A DNA stretch of 62,672 nt, filler included, from Sanchytrium tribonematis (taxonomy: Eukaryota): NCBI GenBank assembly GCA_018985235.1. It is 12 parts of 12 records of this genome, joined end to end, with 100 filler letters (N's around TTAATTAATTAA, not from the genome) between each part and the next. Parts side by side here need not be neighbours in the genome. Positions count along the whole stretch, not along the records: positions 37,241 to 40,795 come from JADGIG010000844.1; positions 40,896 to 44,449 come from JADGIG010000845.1; positions 44,550 to 48,096 come from JADGIG010000846.1; positions 48,197 to 51,743 come from JADGIG010000847.1; 8 more parts are not named here. The stretch is one strand, 5' to 3'. Under the pieces are notes generated by a model. The model was not told where the DNA came from and did no database searches. It worked only from the letters and a program-made list of their open reading frames with translations. Positions 39,061 to 49,699 of this stretch are shown here, in pieces; the stretch's first letter is position 1, and each line of letters begins with the position of its first letter. The position numbers and the translations under genes are program-made.

Positions 39061-39585
39061 CTACTTTATATACAATAAACGTTTCACATTTATTTCTTTT
39101 TTTTTCTTAAATGTGGAATTATTTTGATTTTTACGATGAATTTCTTGTGTTTTTCTTTTTAAATAAGCTTGCGTATCTGGATCACGCATCATCTCATCGA
39201 AAAGAGTTGATTTTCGTTCTTTTTTAAATAACCTAGAGGAGAAGTATTCTGATTGCGGCGCTACAATTTCTCCCATAAGGAATCGTTCCGGAAGCTTGCT
39301 CTTGTTCTTTTTGAAATGCCTCTTAGGATTAAGAACGCTTCTAGACTGTAGAGCAAGTAAATCAAGCTTTATCTCTGGTGTAATTTTTTGGACCGGTAGG
39401 GAGAACCAATTTTCAGTTTCCAAAGCCTTTGGATCCGAAGTTTTTCTGCATTTTTCTGGCAATTTACCAATCTCAACTTTTTTTACCGGCAATATACAAA
39501 ACTGCGACATGTCTACCTTGCTTTGGACAAAATCTTCGTCTTTCGTCGAAATTACTTTATCTATTAGTCCAACGATATTTGCCAT
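39061..39585 (-). CDS. FCF2: rRNA-processing protein Fcf2
   Basis: WFSLP..ITPEIKLDL..RSVLNPKRHFK..EYFSSRL.KKERKSTL.DE. Confidence 0.92.
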   Translation of the reverse strand: MANIVGLIDKVISTKDEDFVQSKVDMSQFCILPVKKVEIGKLPEKCRKTSDPKALETENWFSLPVQKITPEIKLDLLALQSRSVLNPKRHFKKNKSKLPERFLMGEIVAPQSEYFSSRLFKKERKSTLFDEMMRDPDTQAYLKRKTQEIHRKNQNNSTFKKKKEINVKRLLYIK

Positions 39586-39653
39586 TACTCCTTCGTTTTT
39601 ATTTCCTCCTTGTAATTGTATTCAATAATCCAGCTGTATTGATTTAAGGCCAA

Positions 39654-40795
39654 ATGAATTCCATTTTGGCATTAGTCAATTCACTCTTTGGTGATAATGA
39701 AGCTTTTATTGAAGAATTCAGAAATTACATAATAGACGAAGAAAATCTTTATAGGATATTTACTAAAGGTCTGGTGAACTCCGATATTAGTGATGAATTT
39801 CAGTTGAGAAAATTACTTCTTATAATTTGTAAATTTTTATCGGAAAATATTCAGGCAATATCAAAAAAAAGTTTTGACTTGTATTCAATAGCTAATGAGG
39901 CGTTTAAATGGTTTAGTGATAATTCTACAGGAGCAAATTCCTCATCAACTATATTGAAACTTATTTCTTTCGCAATAATTACATTTAGCCCCGGATTTGA
40001 ATCGTGTAGCCACATCGAAAATTTACAAACCACTATGGAAATAACTTGCTCTCTATTAGATCAAAGGGATGTTTTTGAATTTTCTAGGTTGTCTGATAAG
40101 CAAAGAAAAATTTATTTTTTTCAACTATTTAACAAAATCAATGACAGCCGAGTCAGCAATATATCTATTACCTCATTCAAAAACCATTCCAGTTTAAGAG
40201 ATTATAGTATCACTTTTAAATCTCCACCAACTCAACTGATTGAAGACGAAGCATTTTGTTGGAACCTCGAAAATTTTCGGAGTATGATATCGATTTATTT
40301 TTCAAAATTGAATGTCGAAAGAGACACTGAAATACCCCTTGCTAGTGTATACGAAGACTATTTAAACAAGAAACAACAATTGTTTCTTAAAAGTCAAATT
40401 AATTCTGCTTCATGCATATTCAAAAGCATTGTACAAATGAGCGGCTGTTGCTTTTTGTATTTGGTACCTAGTGTTGGTGTTACTGAGTTTTTTGGGCTAA
40501 ATCAATTATCCTTATCATCCAGATTGGTATTTCAATTTAATTGTATTCCACAGGGTGACGCATTTTGCAAAATTTACGATCCTTTTCTCAAATATTTGCT
40601 CAAGTTGGAGACAGTGGATCAATTGAGACCGAATGAGAAAAAACATTTGAATCAGAATACCAATATTAGTTGTCTAAATCAGGCTTATTTTGTGGAAATT
40701 GGAAATTATCTTTCCAACTGTAAAAAAATAACAACCAAGGCTCAGACTAATGATAGATATAATTTTAAGGACAAGAGCATGCAATCCTTTCCTCG
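39654..40795 (+). CDS. Hypothetical protein, 3' partial
   Basis: Long ORF divergent from FCF2, open to contig end. Confidence 0.55.
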
Positions 40796-40895
40796 NNNNN
40801 NNNNNNNNNNNNNNNNNNNNNNNNNNNNNNNNNNNNNNNTTAATTAATTAANNNNNNNNNNNNNNNNNNNNNNNNNNNNNNNNNNNNNNNNNNNN
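40796..40895. other. Artificial contig spacer
   Basis: N44-TTAATTAATTAA-N44. Confidence 0.99.
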
Positions 40896-41726
40896 CTTGA
40901 TGAGGATGTAAAGACGAACACAATCTTAAGATATTTTGACTCTAATCAGAAGCAATTTGTCGAAATAGAAAGTAAAAGCGTAAAAATTTTAAAAGAATAC
41001 CTTGACAATGGCTTAAATGAAGAAATTATTGAGTTGTTTCGGCGAAATTTGTTTATATATGAGCATCTAAGTCCAATGGTTAAGGATCTATATGTATCGA
41101 TATTTGATGATTTGTTTAAAGCAATGAAAATTTCTTCCAATATTGATTTGATTTTGTCTTTGATTCGAGTATTCAAGCAAGAAATGGGAAATACTTTAGT
41201 GTTTGACGATTACTTGGATAATCTTCATGATCAATTGATTTCCCTAATTAGTGTAGAAACAGAAAAAATACTTTCACCTAGTCAGCCCAACAAGACGCTT
41301 TTTTCTTTTGGACAACAGAACCTTGATATCAACACCAGTGACATAATTGGAAAAATTCATAGAAAAATTAGTAATTTAAGTGATGAACAATTGAAAGACC
41401 TTTATGTTCTTCAATTTGAGTACGGATTGGAGACCATTTGGGTAAACAGGATATACGATGCTCTTCGTAAAGGGCAAATCCATCATTTCAAAAACCCAAA
41501 TAAGCAACTATTATTTCGACATCAGATTGAGCTGCTCCAAGGATTTCTAAGCGAAACTTCAAAAACTAAAGACACTCAGTTTATGAAACTCAGCACAGTT
41601 CATTTGAAAATTGTTGATGTTGCATTCTCTTCTAGTACATTTAAGCAAGAGGATTACGTCGAGTTTACACAAATTGCGCAACGTGATATCCAACAATTAG
41701 TCCGCTTGGTATTTGAAATTAAATAA
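40896..41726 (+). CDS. Hypothetical helical protein, 5' partial
   Basis: Frame appears open from the contig start; family not recognised. Confidence 0.5.
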   Translation, partial: LDEDVKTNTILRYFDSNQKQFVEIESKSVKILKEYLDNGLNEEIIELFRRNLFIYEHLSPMVKDLYVSIFDDLFKAMKISSNIDLILSLIRVFKQEMGNTLVFDDYLDNLHDQLISLISVETEKILSPSQPNKTLFSFGQQNLDINTSDIIGKIHRKISNLSDEQLKDLYVLQFEYGLETIWVNRIYDALRKGQIHHFKNPNKQLLFRHQIELLQGFLSETSKTKDTQFMKLSTVHLKIVDVAFSSSTFKQEDYVEFTQIAQRDIQQLVRLVFEIK

Positions 41727-41729
41727 AAT

Positions 41730-42416
41730 TTACTTAAAAGCAGGCACCGAATAGGAAGAAATTGCGCGGGTGAAGACATCGTCCATCTTTGATTTGTGGG
41801 GCAGAAAGTTCATCGCATTAAGGGTATTTTCGTTTGCCTTAAAACCTTGGACTTTAGAATTCCATTGCATGGCGTCTTGTATGTTATTGAGTCTCAATGA
41901 AGTAACAGAAAGAAGGTTTGACAAGTGATCATTTTGACCATAGCTTTGAGCTATTTCTTGAAACGTAAAAAATGCATTTTGAATTTCTTCTTGATTGTCA
42001 CTCAGATATAATTGCGCTAAAGCTTCACAGTATTGAATAATAACATCGTGGTCGCTGAACTTTACCACCATTTCTTTCAAGTGCTTCTTAACTTCTTGAT
42101 AACAATTCATTGCAATTAAAATAAATATTCTTAAAACACTTACTTCGAAATTACCCGGATGAGGTTCTAATAATTTCAGTGCCTCTCCATATTTTTGCAA
42201 ATGCCAATAATGCATTGCCGTAAAATAAGCAGCGTACTCGTCATTCGATGTCTGAGAAAGTTTCTCTAAGTCTTGAAATTTGGTTTGAAGATACAAGTTG
42301 TACGCCTTGGCATAATTGTCATTTGTTTGCATGGGTACTTTTTTTTCCCTGGCTTGAAAATGCGGTTCCGTTGCATTATTATATCCTGCATAGAAATTCA
42401 AAATATCTCTCACCAT
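41730..42416 (-). CDS. SEC28: Coatomer epsilon subunit (short, divergent)
   Basis: NFYAGY N-terminus, TPR-like helices, EVSVLRIFILIAMN, IQNAFFTFQEI. Confidence 0.75.
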   Translation of the reverse strand: MVRDILNFYAGYNNATEPHFQAREKKVPMQTNDNYAKAYNLYLQTKFQDLEKLSQTSNDEYAAYFTAMHYWHLQKYGEALKLLEPHPGNFEVSVLRIFILIAMNCYQEVKKHLKEMVVKFSDHDVIIQYCEALAQLYLSDNQEEIQNAFFTFQEIAQSYGQNDHLSNLLSVTSLRLNNIQDAMQWNSKVQGFKANENTLNAMNFLPHKSKMDDVFTRAISSYSVPAFK

Positions 42417-42432
42417 GTTGTTACAAAAAAGA

Positions 42433-42960
42433 TTACAATTTACTTTTCAAATATATTTCATCAATAAACTTTTTGGTGAGATATCCAGTTAATCCCCATA
42501 TAACATGGCTTTTATAGCAAAATGTGCTTAAGCGTTTCGTTTTCATCATTGCTAATTCGCCTATTGGGGCTAAAAATACTTGAGACACTTCTTGCTTATT
42601 TAGCCTTAATTCATTTGTGTCTATAAAAGGCTTGTATCCAACAAAAGTACTCACTTTTGTGTCTGATGATTTTGCAGGAACTTGATAAAATTCGCCAAGA
42701 ATTTTGATATCGCTCAAGCCTATTTCTTCTTCAGTTTCCCTTATCGCAGTTTGCAATAGGCTCAAGTCAGTCGGATCTTGTTTGCCACCTGGAAATGATA
42801 TTTGACCAGCGTGATTCTTTAATGTGTCTGCACGGACTGTATATAAAATTGATAGTGGTTCATTGCATAGCAGAATCATGACTGATGCATTTTTGGGCCT
42901 TTGGACACGATTTACCTTTAACCTACCCAAAGTTTGAGATATTTTATCGATTTGAGGCAT
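42433..42960 (-). CDS. Nudix CoA pyrophosphatase (NUDT7/8, Pcd1 family)
   Basis: LYTVR..LKNHAGQISFPGGK plus Nudix box TAIRETEEEIGL, IWGLT. Confidence 0.92.
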   Translation of the reverse strand: MPQIDKISQTLGRLKVNRVQRPKNASVMILLCNEPLSILYTVRADTLKNHAGQISFPGGKQDPTDLSLLQTAIRETEEEIGLSDIKILGEFYQVPAKSSDTKVSTFVGYKPFIDTNELRLNKQEVSQVFLAPIGELAMMKTKRLSTFCYKSHVIWGLTGYLTKKFIDEIYLKSKL

Positions 42961-43182
42961 TTTTATTCAAGTTTCACATACACTTATTTTATTTACCACT
43001 TTATTCTAAAAGTGCCTTGGCGCAGATGTCACCATTTTTAAGAAGGCGTATCATAGAGGAGAGGGAATGCTGCACTGTGATGGCATTTAGCAATTTACCC
43101 CTTTCATCTTTATTCTCACACATGTACACAAATTTTCTAAAAGACTTACATGATTGTTTTAATTTTAATAAAATGGTCTAAA

Positions 43183-44427
43183 TTAGTAAAAATTAACAAG
43201 AAAATTAATATGATGAACTTTAAGCCAAATGTATTCTGGTTTAGATTTGAGCAATTTGTCAACTTGAGCCTCTCGATCTAATTGCATTTTAGAAAATAAA
43301 TGCTTCTTTATGATCATTGTCAAATCTTTTTCTTTCCCGCCTTGCTCGATATCGTAAATCCAATGAATGACTTTGTCATTAAAACTATTCCAAGTCATTC
43401 TGCTAGATTTGACATAATTTGGTGCGACCAATACTCGAGTTATGTGAAACTCAGAATGTGGAATATTCGACTCACTTAATTTAAACAAAATTTTAAGCCT
43501 TCTTTCCCTAATTTCATTTTCTCTTTTACAGATAAGTTGCAGGCCAAACTCAAGTGGTTTATAAACATACTTTAATGTCAAATGAGGACATTCCATTTTA
43601 CATAGTTCATCAATTTCCAAGAGCGTATCGTGACTAAGAGGAAGCGAATTCATATTAATAATTTGGCTTTGTATTTTCTCACAGCAAAATATATACCTGG
43701 CCAAGTATTCTGGCTGAGAAACCTTGCCTCGAACAAGTAGTTTGATGTACTCAATAAATACCTGATAATTGGATTGCAAATAATCGTACCTTAGATCTAC
43801 TAATGAGAACAATCTATTTAAAGTTTCAGAGACCGACTTGTATCGAATGCAGAATCCAAAAAGCTGATGACCTGATTGAATTTCACATGGATCTTCATAC
43901 CAGGGCAAGTAAGACAATAGATCCACTTGTTCTGGCTTACATAATTGTTCAAATGTGCTCTTCGACCATCTTGCTAATTGAATCTCTACTGATTTTTGCT
44001 CAGTGTAATCCTTTAGAAAGACATCAAAGTCAGTCAATTTGATAATGTTTTTAGCGAAATAAATAACTGCATCATTCACGAAATTATCTTTTGGTCCTAA
44101 TTCGACTTTTTTCCAAAAGTTAAATCCCTCATATTGAGAATTGAAATAATTTATAATCACTTCCTTGTAAGAAGTTCTAGTTTTTAAGTTCTGAATAAAT
44201 TTATCCAAATCCAACTCTTTAAAATCTTTGGAAATTAGCTCAAAATAGGCTGGAAGCTTAATAACCTTTTGAAAAGCATCATTACTATAAATCTTGCAAA
44301 TGGCTCTTTTAGCTTCAATGTGATTGTGGATAGTTTTAAGTAGTGGTGTTATATAAACTTGAAAAAAGTCTTGAAGTAAATCTCTATCATTAGAAATAGA
44401 ATGTAATGATCTGCTTGCCTGTATTAA
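43183..44427 (-). CDS. Hypothetical protein, 5' partial
   Basis: Long open frame; family not recognised. Confidence 0.5.
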   Translation of the reverse strand, partial: LIQASRSLHSISNDRDLLQDFFQVYITPLLKTIHNHIEAKRAICKIYSNDAFQKVIKLPAYFELISKDFKELDLDKFIQNLKTRTSYKEVIINYFNSQYEGFNFWKKVELGPKDNFVNDAVIYFAKNIIKLTDFDVFLKDYTEQKSVEIQLARWSKSTFEQLCKPEQVDLLSYLPWYEDPCEIQSGHQLFGFCIRYKSVSETLNRLFSLVDLRYDYLQSNYQVFIEYIKLLVRGKVSQPEYLARYIFCCEKIQSQIINMNSLPLSHDTLLEIDELCKMECPHLTLKYVYKPLEFGLQLICKRENEIRERRLKILFKLSESNIPHSEFHITRVLVAPNYVKSSRMTWNSFNDKVIHWIYDIEQGGKEKDLTMIIKKHLFSKMQLDREAQVDKLLKSKPEYIWLKVHHINFLVNFY

Positions 44428-44449
44428 ATTTCGCTAAAAACATTATCAA

Positions 44450-44549
44450 NNNNNNNNNNNNNNNNNNNNNNNNNNNNNNNNNNNNNNNNNNNNTTAATTA
44501 ATTAANNNNNNNNNNNNNNNNNNNNNNNNNNNNNNNNNNNNNNNNNNNN
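44450..44549. other. Artificial contig spacer
   Basis: N44-TTAATTAATTAA-N44. Confidence 0.99.
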
Positions 44550-44574
44550 AACTCCTCAAAACACCCCCAGTCAA

Positions 44575-47500
44575 TTTTTTTTTATATAAATTTATTAATT
44601 TAAGGATTATAATTTGCTCAAGTTATGGCAAATTGCATTAAATCTCGATGTAGAAGTTTCATTTTGGTCCTTAATCCAACAATATTATGGGTTTTACCTT
44701 TTATTTTATGTAATCTAAATCCCCTTACTTTTTTAGTATGATGGTGACTATGATTAGAATGTAGTATTAAATTTAGTGGTGTGGTATGATAGTGGTTATG
44801 AGATAATGCATCCACAAAATGATTTAAAGAATCAGGTTGTGTTGAATCATGCCCCTTAATTTTATATATTGAGCAGTTTTTAAGTTTGGAAGCAATTTGT
44901 GCTATCAAGTCCCCACAAATATTTTTGTGTCTTTGTAATAAATTATTTTTAAAGTCATTAAAGATGCTGATACTACCTAAAGAATCTGTGAAAATATGAA
45001 TTGCACATTGTTGTCCAAATTGATATCGGGCCTCTTGAACTGCATGACAAATTGTTGCAAATTCTGCTCTGGTGGATGAACGTGGATCTATGGTGGTTAG
45101 ATCCACGGATTGATTAAAATAAGAAGATTCTGTCAAATAAATAATTCCACCAGTCGCAATTACATTTTCAGACTCTTGTGGTAGATGCAGTGAAGCATCT
45201 GTCCAAATGTAAACCGTATTTGGAGGCACAATTATATTATCTATAATGGTTTTCCATTTTGTAGATATTGTTGAAATAAAGTTGCATTGAGTGAGATTCG
45301 AATGCGGTACATTCAAAGTAGTCATAAAACAGGCAAAAAATTGATTTATGTGTAGATGATAATGTGAGCATGTGGTACATTTGATGTTGATTGGTAATGG
45401 GAACTTACGAGTAAAAACATGCCATAGATATTGATTATGCTTAATAAATTGTTTAAATTCTGTATTTAGGGTGAAACTCATTTTGATTCTTGGGCTGTAC
45501 TAAATAAGATGTAAAGAATTAGTTTTAAAAGATAGTTGATTATTAAATCTACTAATTATATCCCTCCATCTATGAATGTATGGTTTATAATTAAACAGAA
45601 TATGCATGTCATCAATAGGATATGAGTTTGGAATTTTCATTAGTGTCCTGATGGCATTATTAAAAAATAAATCAATTTTTGATACTTCACCATCTTCCGG
45701 TTCAAAAATTCTCATTCCAATGTCAATTAATGGTAATAGAAAGCTTCCAATGCTTTTGCAAAGGTGTTCAGGGCAAAAATTATTTTGAAAAACACCCACT
45801 TTAGCCAATTGCTGTAGCTGTCTGTTGCATTTTTTGATATTAAATTGAATTTGCGTTTTCAAATTCATTCCGTATTGATTAATTTGAAAACCCAGCCATG
45901 TTGAATATTTTTCATCAATAACGACTGTTTTTGATTGGTTTAAATGTAAACCAATGTCTGCAAGACAATCACCAATTGCATCTAATGCCTTTTCAATTGG
46001 CATATTATCTTCTAAAATCAATAAAAGGTCGTCTGCATACCAAATGGTGAACAGTTTGAGCTTTATACTTTTCATTGTCTCATCTATCATCTTAATAAAC
46101 AGTTGGGGAGATAACATTGTACCTTGTAATATTCCCTTGTTAACTGATTGGGGTTTGGAAAAGGATTCTCCTATTCTTAGCTGTAAATTTTGTTTTGTTA
46201 CCAAATTTATCAAAATACATTTGATATTGGTTGATAAAGTCATATTTTGGACAAGAATTAGAAAGGCAGAGTGATCTATGCTATCAAAAGCGGCAGCTAC
46301 ATCACACTGCACTAATTTAAATGTGCGACCCTTAGAATTCAGATAATTGATTCTATTTTCTAAAGCATAAGCAGCATGTGTAGTGGAAAATCCGACCTTA
46401 AATCCAAATTGATTGGATGATGTTTTTAATTCTGGCATCACAATAACTTTAATAATAGATTCAAGCGATTTCTTAAAGATGGAGGCAAGACAAATCGGTC
46501 TGTAAGACATGATATCATTAAATTTACGATTTCGACCTTTATGAACAGGTACAATGATATTCTGATTAAATTGAGAGGGATAGATTCCTGCAAAGCAAAT
46601 AGAATTGTAAAATGCACAAATAAATGATTTGAATCTATCTGGTGCAAATTTGAGGAATTCATTCATTATTTGATCTTTACCAGATGATTTATCATTAGGA
46701 AGGTTTTTCAAATATTTCTTTAAGGATTTGCATTCATCTGGAATTGACTTATCGTTTTTAAAATCATGGACATTTTGTAAATGATCATTGAGTTTTTCTA
46801 ATGAAATATTTGACCATGATTTTGACAGATCAGATGGTAGAGCTGGGTTATTGATCGTGGTGGAAAGATTCCATTTTGATTGCCACTTTTGGAGATGTTG
46901 TTCAATTGCAAAAACATCAAGATGTTGGTGAATTCTTGATTTTCTTCTTCGATTTGATTTCATTCTTTTCAGAAATCCACATGTAGAAAGACTGTTGATT
47001 TTATCCCGGAAAGATTTGAGAGAGAGACATTTAGCACGCGAGATAATTTTGTTTGCCAGTTGATGGTTACCGTCCCTTCTTTGATAAGCAGACTCATAAA
47101 AAGAACTCATAAACAATTTCTTGTGTCTCATTGTTTTTCCAAAACTGCAGTTGCCAGCCTTGATTAGGGCATTATTTATCAAATCAAACAATTCATCTAT
47201 AATTGGCTGCTTTTCCGAATCTTCTTTAGTTTGGAATTCAAATAACATTTGATAAAGCATTTGTGAGTGTCGCACCATGAAGATATTCAACTCATTTTGA
47301 TATTTGATTTGAATATTTTCATCGTCTTTAAGTTTATTAATTCTCCACCTTGGGCATTTACCATGAATGATAACATCTGATTTATCATTTAAATCGATTT
47401 CATAATTTAGCATAAGATGATCACTGAAATTTGTTTGCGTGAAATAAGAATCTATAATATTGAATTTGCCATTGGATTTGTAAAATCCAAAATCGCAAAA

Positions 47501-48096
47501 TGATTGATGGCCACGAGAATTAATAAATGAAAATGGCGCATCGACCTCTTCAAATTTCAGATCAATGCTTGCCATTTGGGTCAAGAAATCTGATTCATTT
47601 GTAGTCAAGGTTTTTTTCAAGTTGATATTAAAATCCCCTACAAAAATACAATTCTCACATAAATGTGGTTCAATGTATTCCTTAAAAAAATTTTGAAAGT
47701 GTGGGATCTTTTTTCTGTAAATATGAATTAGTTTCACCGATTTAAACTGAATAACTGTGTGGAATTTGTCTCCTGAAATTACGTTAAGATCACCCATATT
47801 ATATTTATCAGGATTATAAAGAACGGCAGTGCCATAATGCCCTAGTGGATCCGGAAACGAGATTCCATTTTCGATAAACGGGCTTCCTTGTAACTCATTT
47901 AAAAATATTAAATCATGTTGTTCTTCTCTAAACTTTAGATTCACATCTGGAATCAGGTATTTTCCTCCATTAATGACTGTAATGAATGACTGTAATAGAA
48001 TTAAATACAAAAACCACCCATTAAGAGCATCAAATATTCGAGATATTTTTCATGAAAATGTAAATTGGCTTAAAATTGAAATCAATAAAGCAGAGA
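44575..48096 (-). mobile_element. Near-intact non-LTR retrotransposon ORF2 (APE-RT-Cys motif-RNase H) with short A tail
   Basis: APE FLNE, VGDFN, SDH; RT KSSGKD, YRPICL, QFGF, DVAAAFD, GILQG..LSP, YADD; RNase H TDAS/RAE/TDS/KGH/N..VD; one in-frame TAG at 45500-45502; AATAAA then A9 at 44575-44583. Confidence 0.95.
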
Positions 48097-48196
48097 NNNN
48101 NNNNNNNNNNNNNNNNNNNNNNNNNNNNNNNNNNNNNNNNTTAATTAATTAANNNNNNNNNNNNNNNNNNNNNNNNNNNNNNNNNNNNNNNNNNNN
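48097..48196. other. Artificial contig spacer
   Basis: N44-TTAATTAATTAA-N44. Confidence 0.99.
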
Positions 48197-48255
48197 TATG
48201 ATTGGCACTTTGTTCATTTATCAACACTTAAATTGAATGGATCACCCATTTATGA

Positions 48256-48609
48256 ATGATCTTTACCACTATCTTCGCTGCAAATGTCACTGCTACATTG
48301 GACAATGATCAACAAAAATGTTTAACAGGTTGTTTTGACACGGATGTGAATTGTCAAGCCAAATGCTTAGGAGTTCCATATCCTGATCCAGCTTTAGCAT
48401 CAAAAACATTATCATGTTACAATGACTGTAAAGATGATGTGTGCAGAAGCCAATGTCAAAATGATTTTATCACAGGAGTGGGTGTCCCAGTCAATACTTC
48501 CAGTCAATCCCCTGATAAAAATGAAGCAACGGCTTCTTCAGCATCTTACACAAGTGCTGTTGGTGTTGCCTCATTGGTTTTGTATGGTTCTGCTTATTTG
48601 TTTCAATAA
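48256..48609 (+). CDS. Small Cys-rich putative GPI-anchored protein
   Basis: Eight Cys in CxxxC pairs (C..GC..DVNCQAKC.GVP.P), S/T linker, hydrophobic tail. Confidence 0.75.
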   Translation: MIFTTIFAANVTATLDNDQQKCLTGCFDTDVNCQAKCLGVPYPDPALASKTLSCYNDCKDDVCRSQCQNDFITGVGVPVNTSSQSPDKNEATASSASYTSAVGVASLVLYGSAYLFQ

Positions 48610-48619
48610 ATCTGATTTA

Positions 48620-48823
48620 TTAAAGATTTCCTTTTGGCACAGGTCCAGTGATTGGATGTGTGGGTTGATTGTAAATTGGATCCGTGTTGTATTTACAACT
48701 AGCAATCCAATGATCTTTCATAAATAATTTGACTTTGTGCGCTTTCAAGGCAGCAGCCCATTTTTGTTCACAAGTTAATGCTTTTGCAGCAGGGATAGCG
48801 AATAAGACAGTAGTGAATAACAT
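48620..48823 (-). CDS. Small secreted peptide (family member 1)
   Basis: Signal peptide; CxxxW..HK..H.IA.C motif shared with 49311-49478. Confidence 0.65.
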   Translation of the reverse strand: MLFTTVLFAIPAAKALTCEQKWAAALKAHKVKLFMKDHWIASCKYNTDPIYNQPTHPITGPVPKGNL

Positions 48824-49310
48824 TATTTAGATGAGATGCAGCTGATTAAATACCATTTCAAATGGATTTGATTCGTGGACTTAAATAGCTAGACTTGTTT
48901 AACCTGATGACCAAGTATTACCAAGGGAAAATCATTTAGCAGGGCTAAATAAATCCAATTTATTTTGGAAAATACACATTCACTGGATTTTTGAAGTCGT
49001 CTGGACTCGGGCTCAATCATTTTGAAGGCAATTTTTGAAACAAGAATAACAGCTTTTCTTGGATGCTCTGACAATCTAGGATACTGAGCTTCCTTAACAA
49101 TTTGAAAGCCAGCACATTTTTGCACTTAAAGTCTTCTTTTAATATTCTTTGTTGAATTTTCAAATTTATTCTTAAGAAGAATTTTGATGTGATCTGTCAA
49201 TATTTATAGGCGTGGAACTCATTACATATGACTATTATTGCAATTGGAAAGGAATTTGAGTTGCACATTTATGGAAACAGAATTTTTAAAATTTGAATTT
49301 TTCAGACAAT

Positions 49311-49478
49311 TTATTTACCTCCTTTCTTTTTCTTTTCTTGTTGAATTTCACAATTGGCAACATGATGACTCAATTCAGTAATACTTAATTTATGTCGATT
49401 CACTTTATCTTGCCAAAATTTTTGGCAATCAAATTTGGTAGCAACAGCAGAGACAGAAAAGATGGTAATGAATAACAT
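49311..49478 (-). CDS. Small secreted peptide (family member 2, 55 aa, not in ORF track)
   Basis: MLFITIFSVSAVATKFDCQKFWQDKVNRHKLSITELSHHVANCEIQQEKKKKGGK; shares 5' flank with 48823. Confidence 0.65.
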   Translation of the reverse strand: MLFITIFSVSAVATKFDCQKFWQDKVNRHKLSITELSHHVANCEIQQEKKKKGGK

Positions 49479-49699
49479 TATTTAGATGGAAATCAACTGC
49501 TTAAATACTATTTTATTCCTTGTTGCTTTGAAGTAATTGGCTAATTCAAATAACTTGGGACACTGCTATATGGCTACTTAGACTTGACAAGGGAACCCAA
49601 GACCCAATCATAACTTCAGTGGTAAACGATTATCGCCTGCAAAAGATCGCTGTCTCGACTGAATCTATTAGGAGATAAGAAATTTAAATTTTACAAAAT

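Noticed and set aside
33578..39585. TAG/TAA-to-Gln reassignment, as in some aphelids
   Set aside because: The ~1190-codon TAO3 fragment and other conserved genes have no in-frame TAR codons, and genes end in TAA
45482..45560. Micro-intron removing the LINE TAG (sequence ends in ATTTAG)
   Set aside because: No GT donor 19-21 nt upstream; the nearest GT gives 53 nt and breaks the frame
48620..49478. PsiF-repeat identity for the small peptides
   Set aside because: Only a loose C...C helical resemblance; not supportable without a profile search
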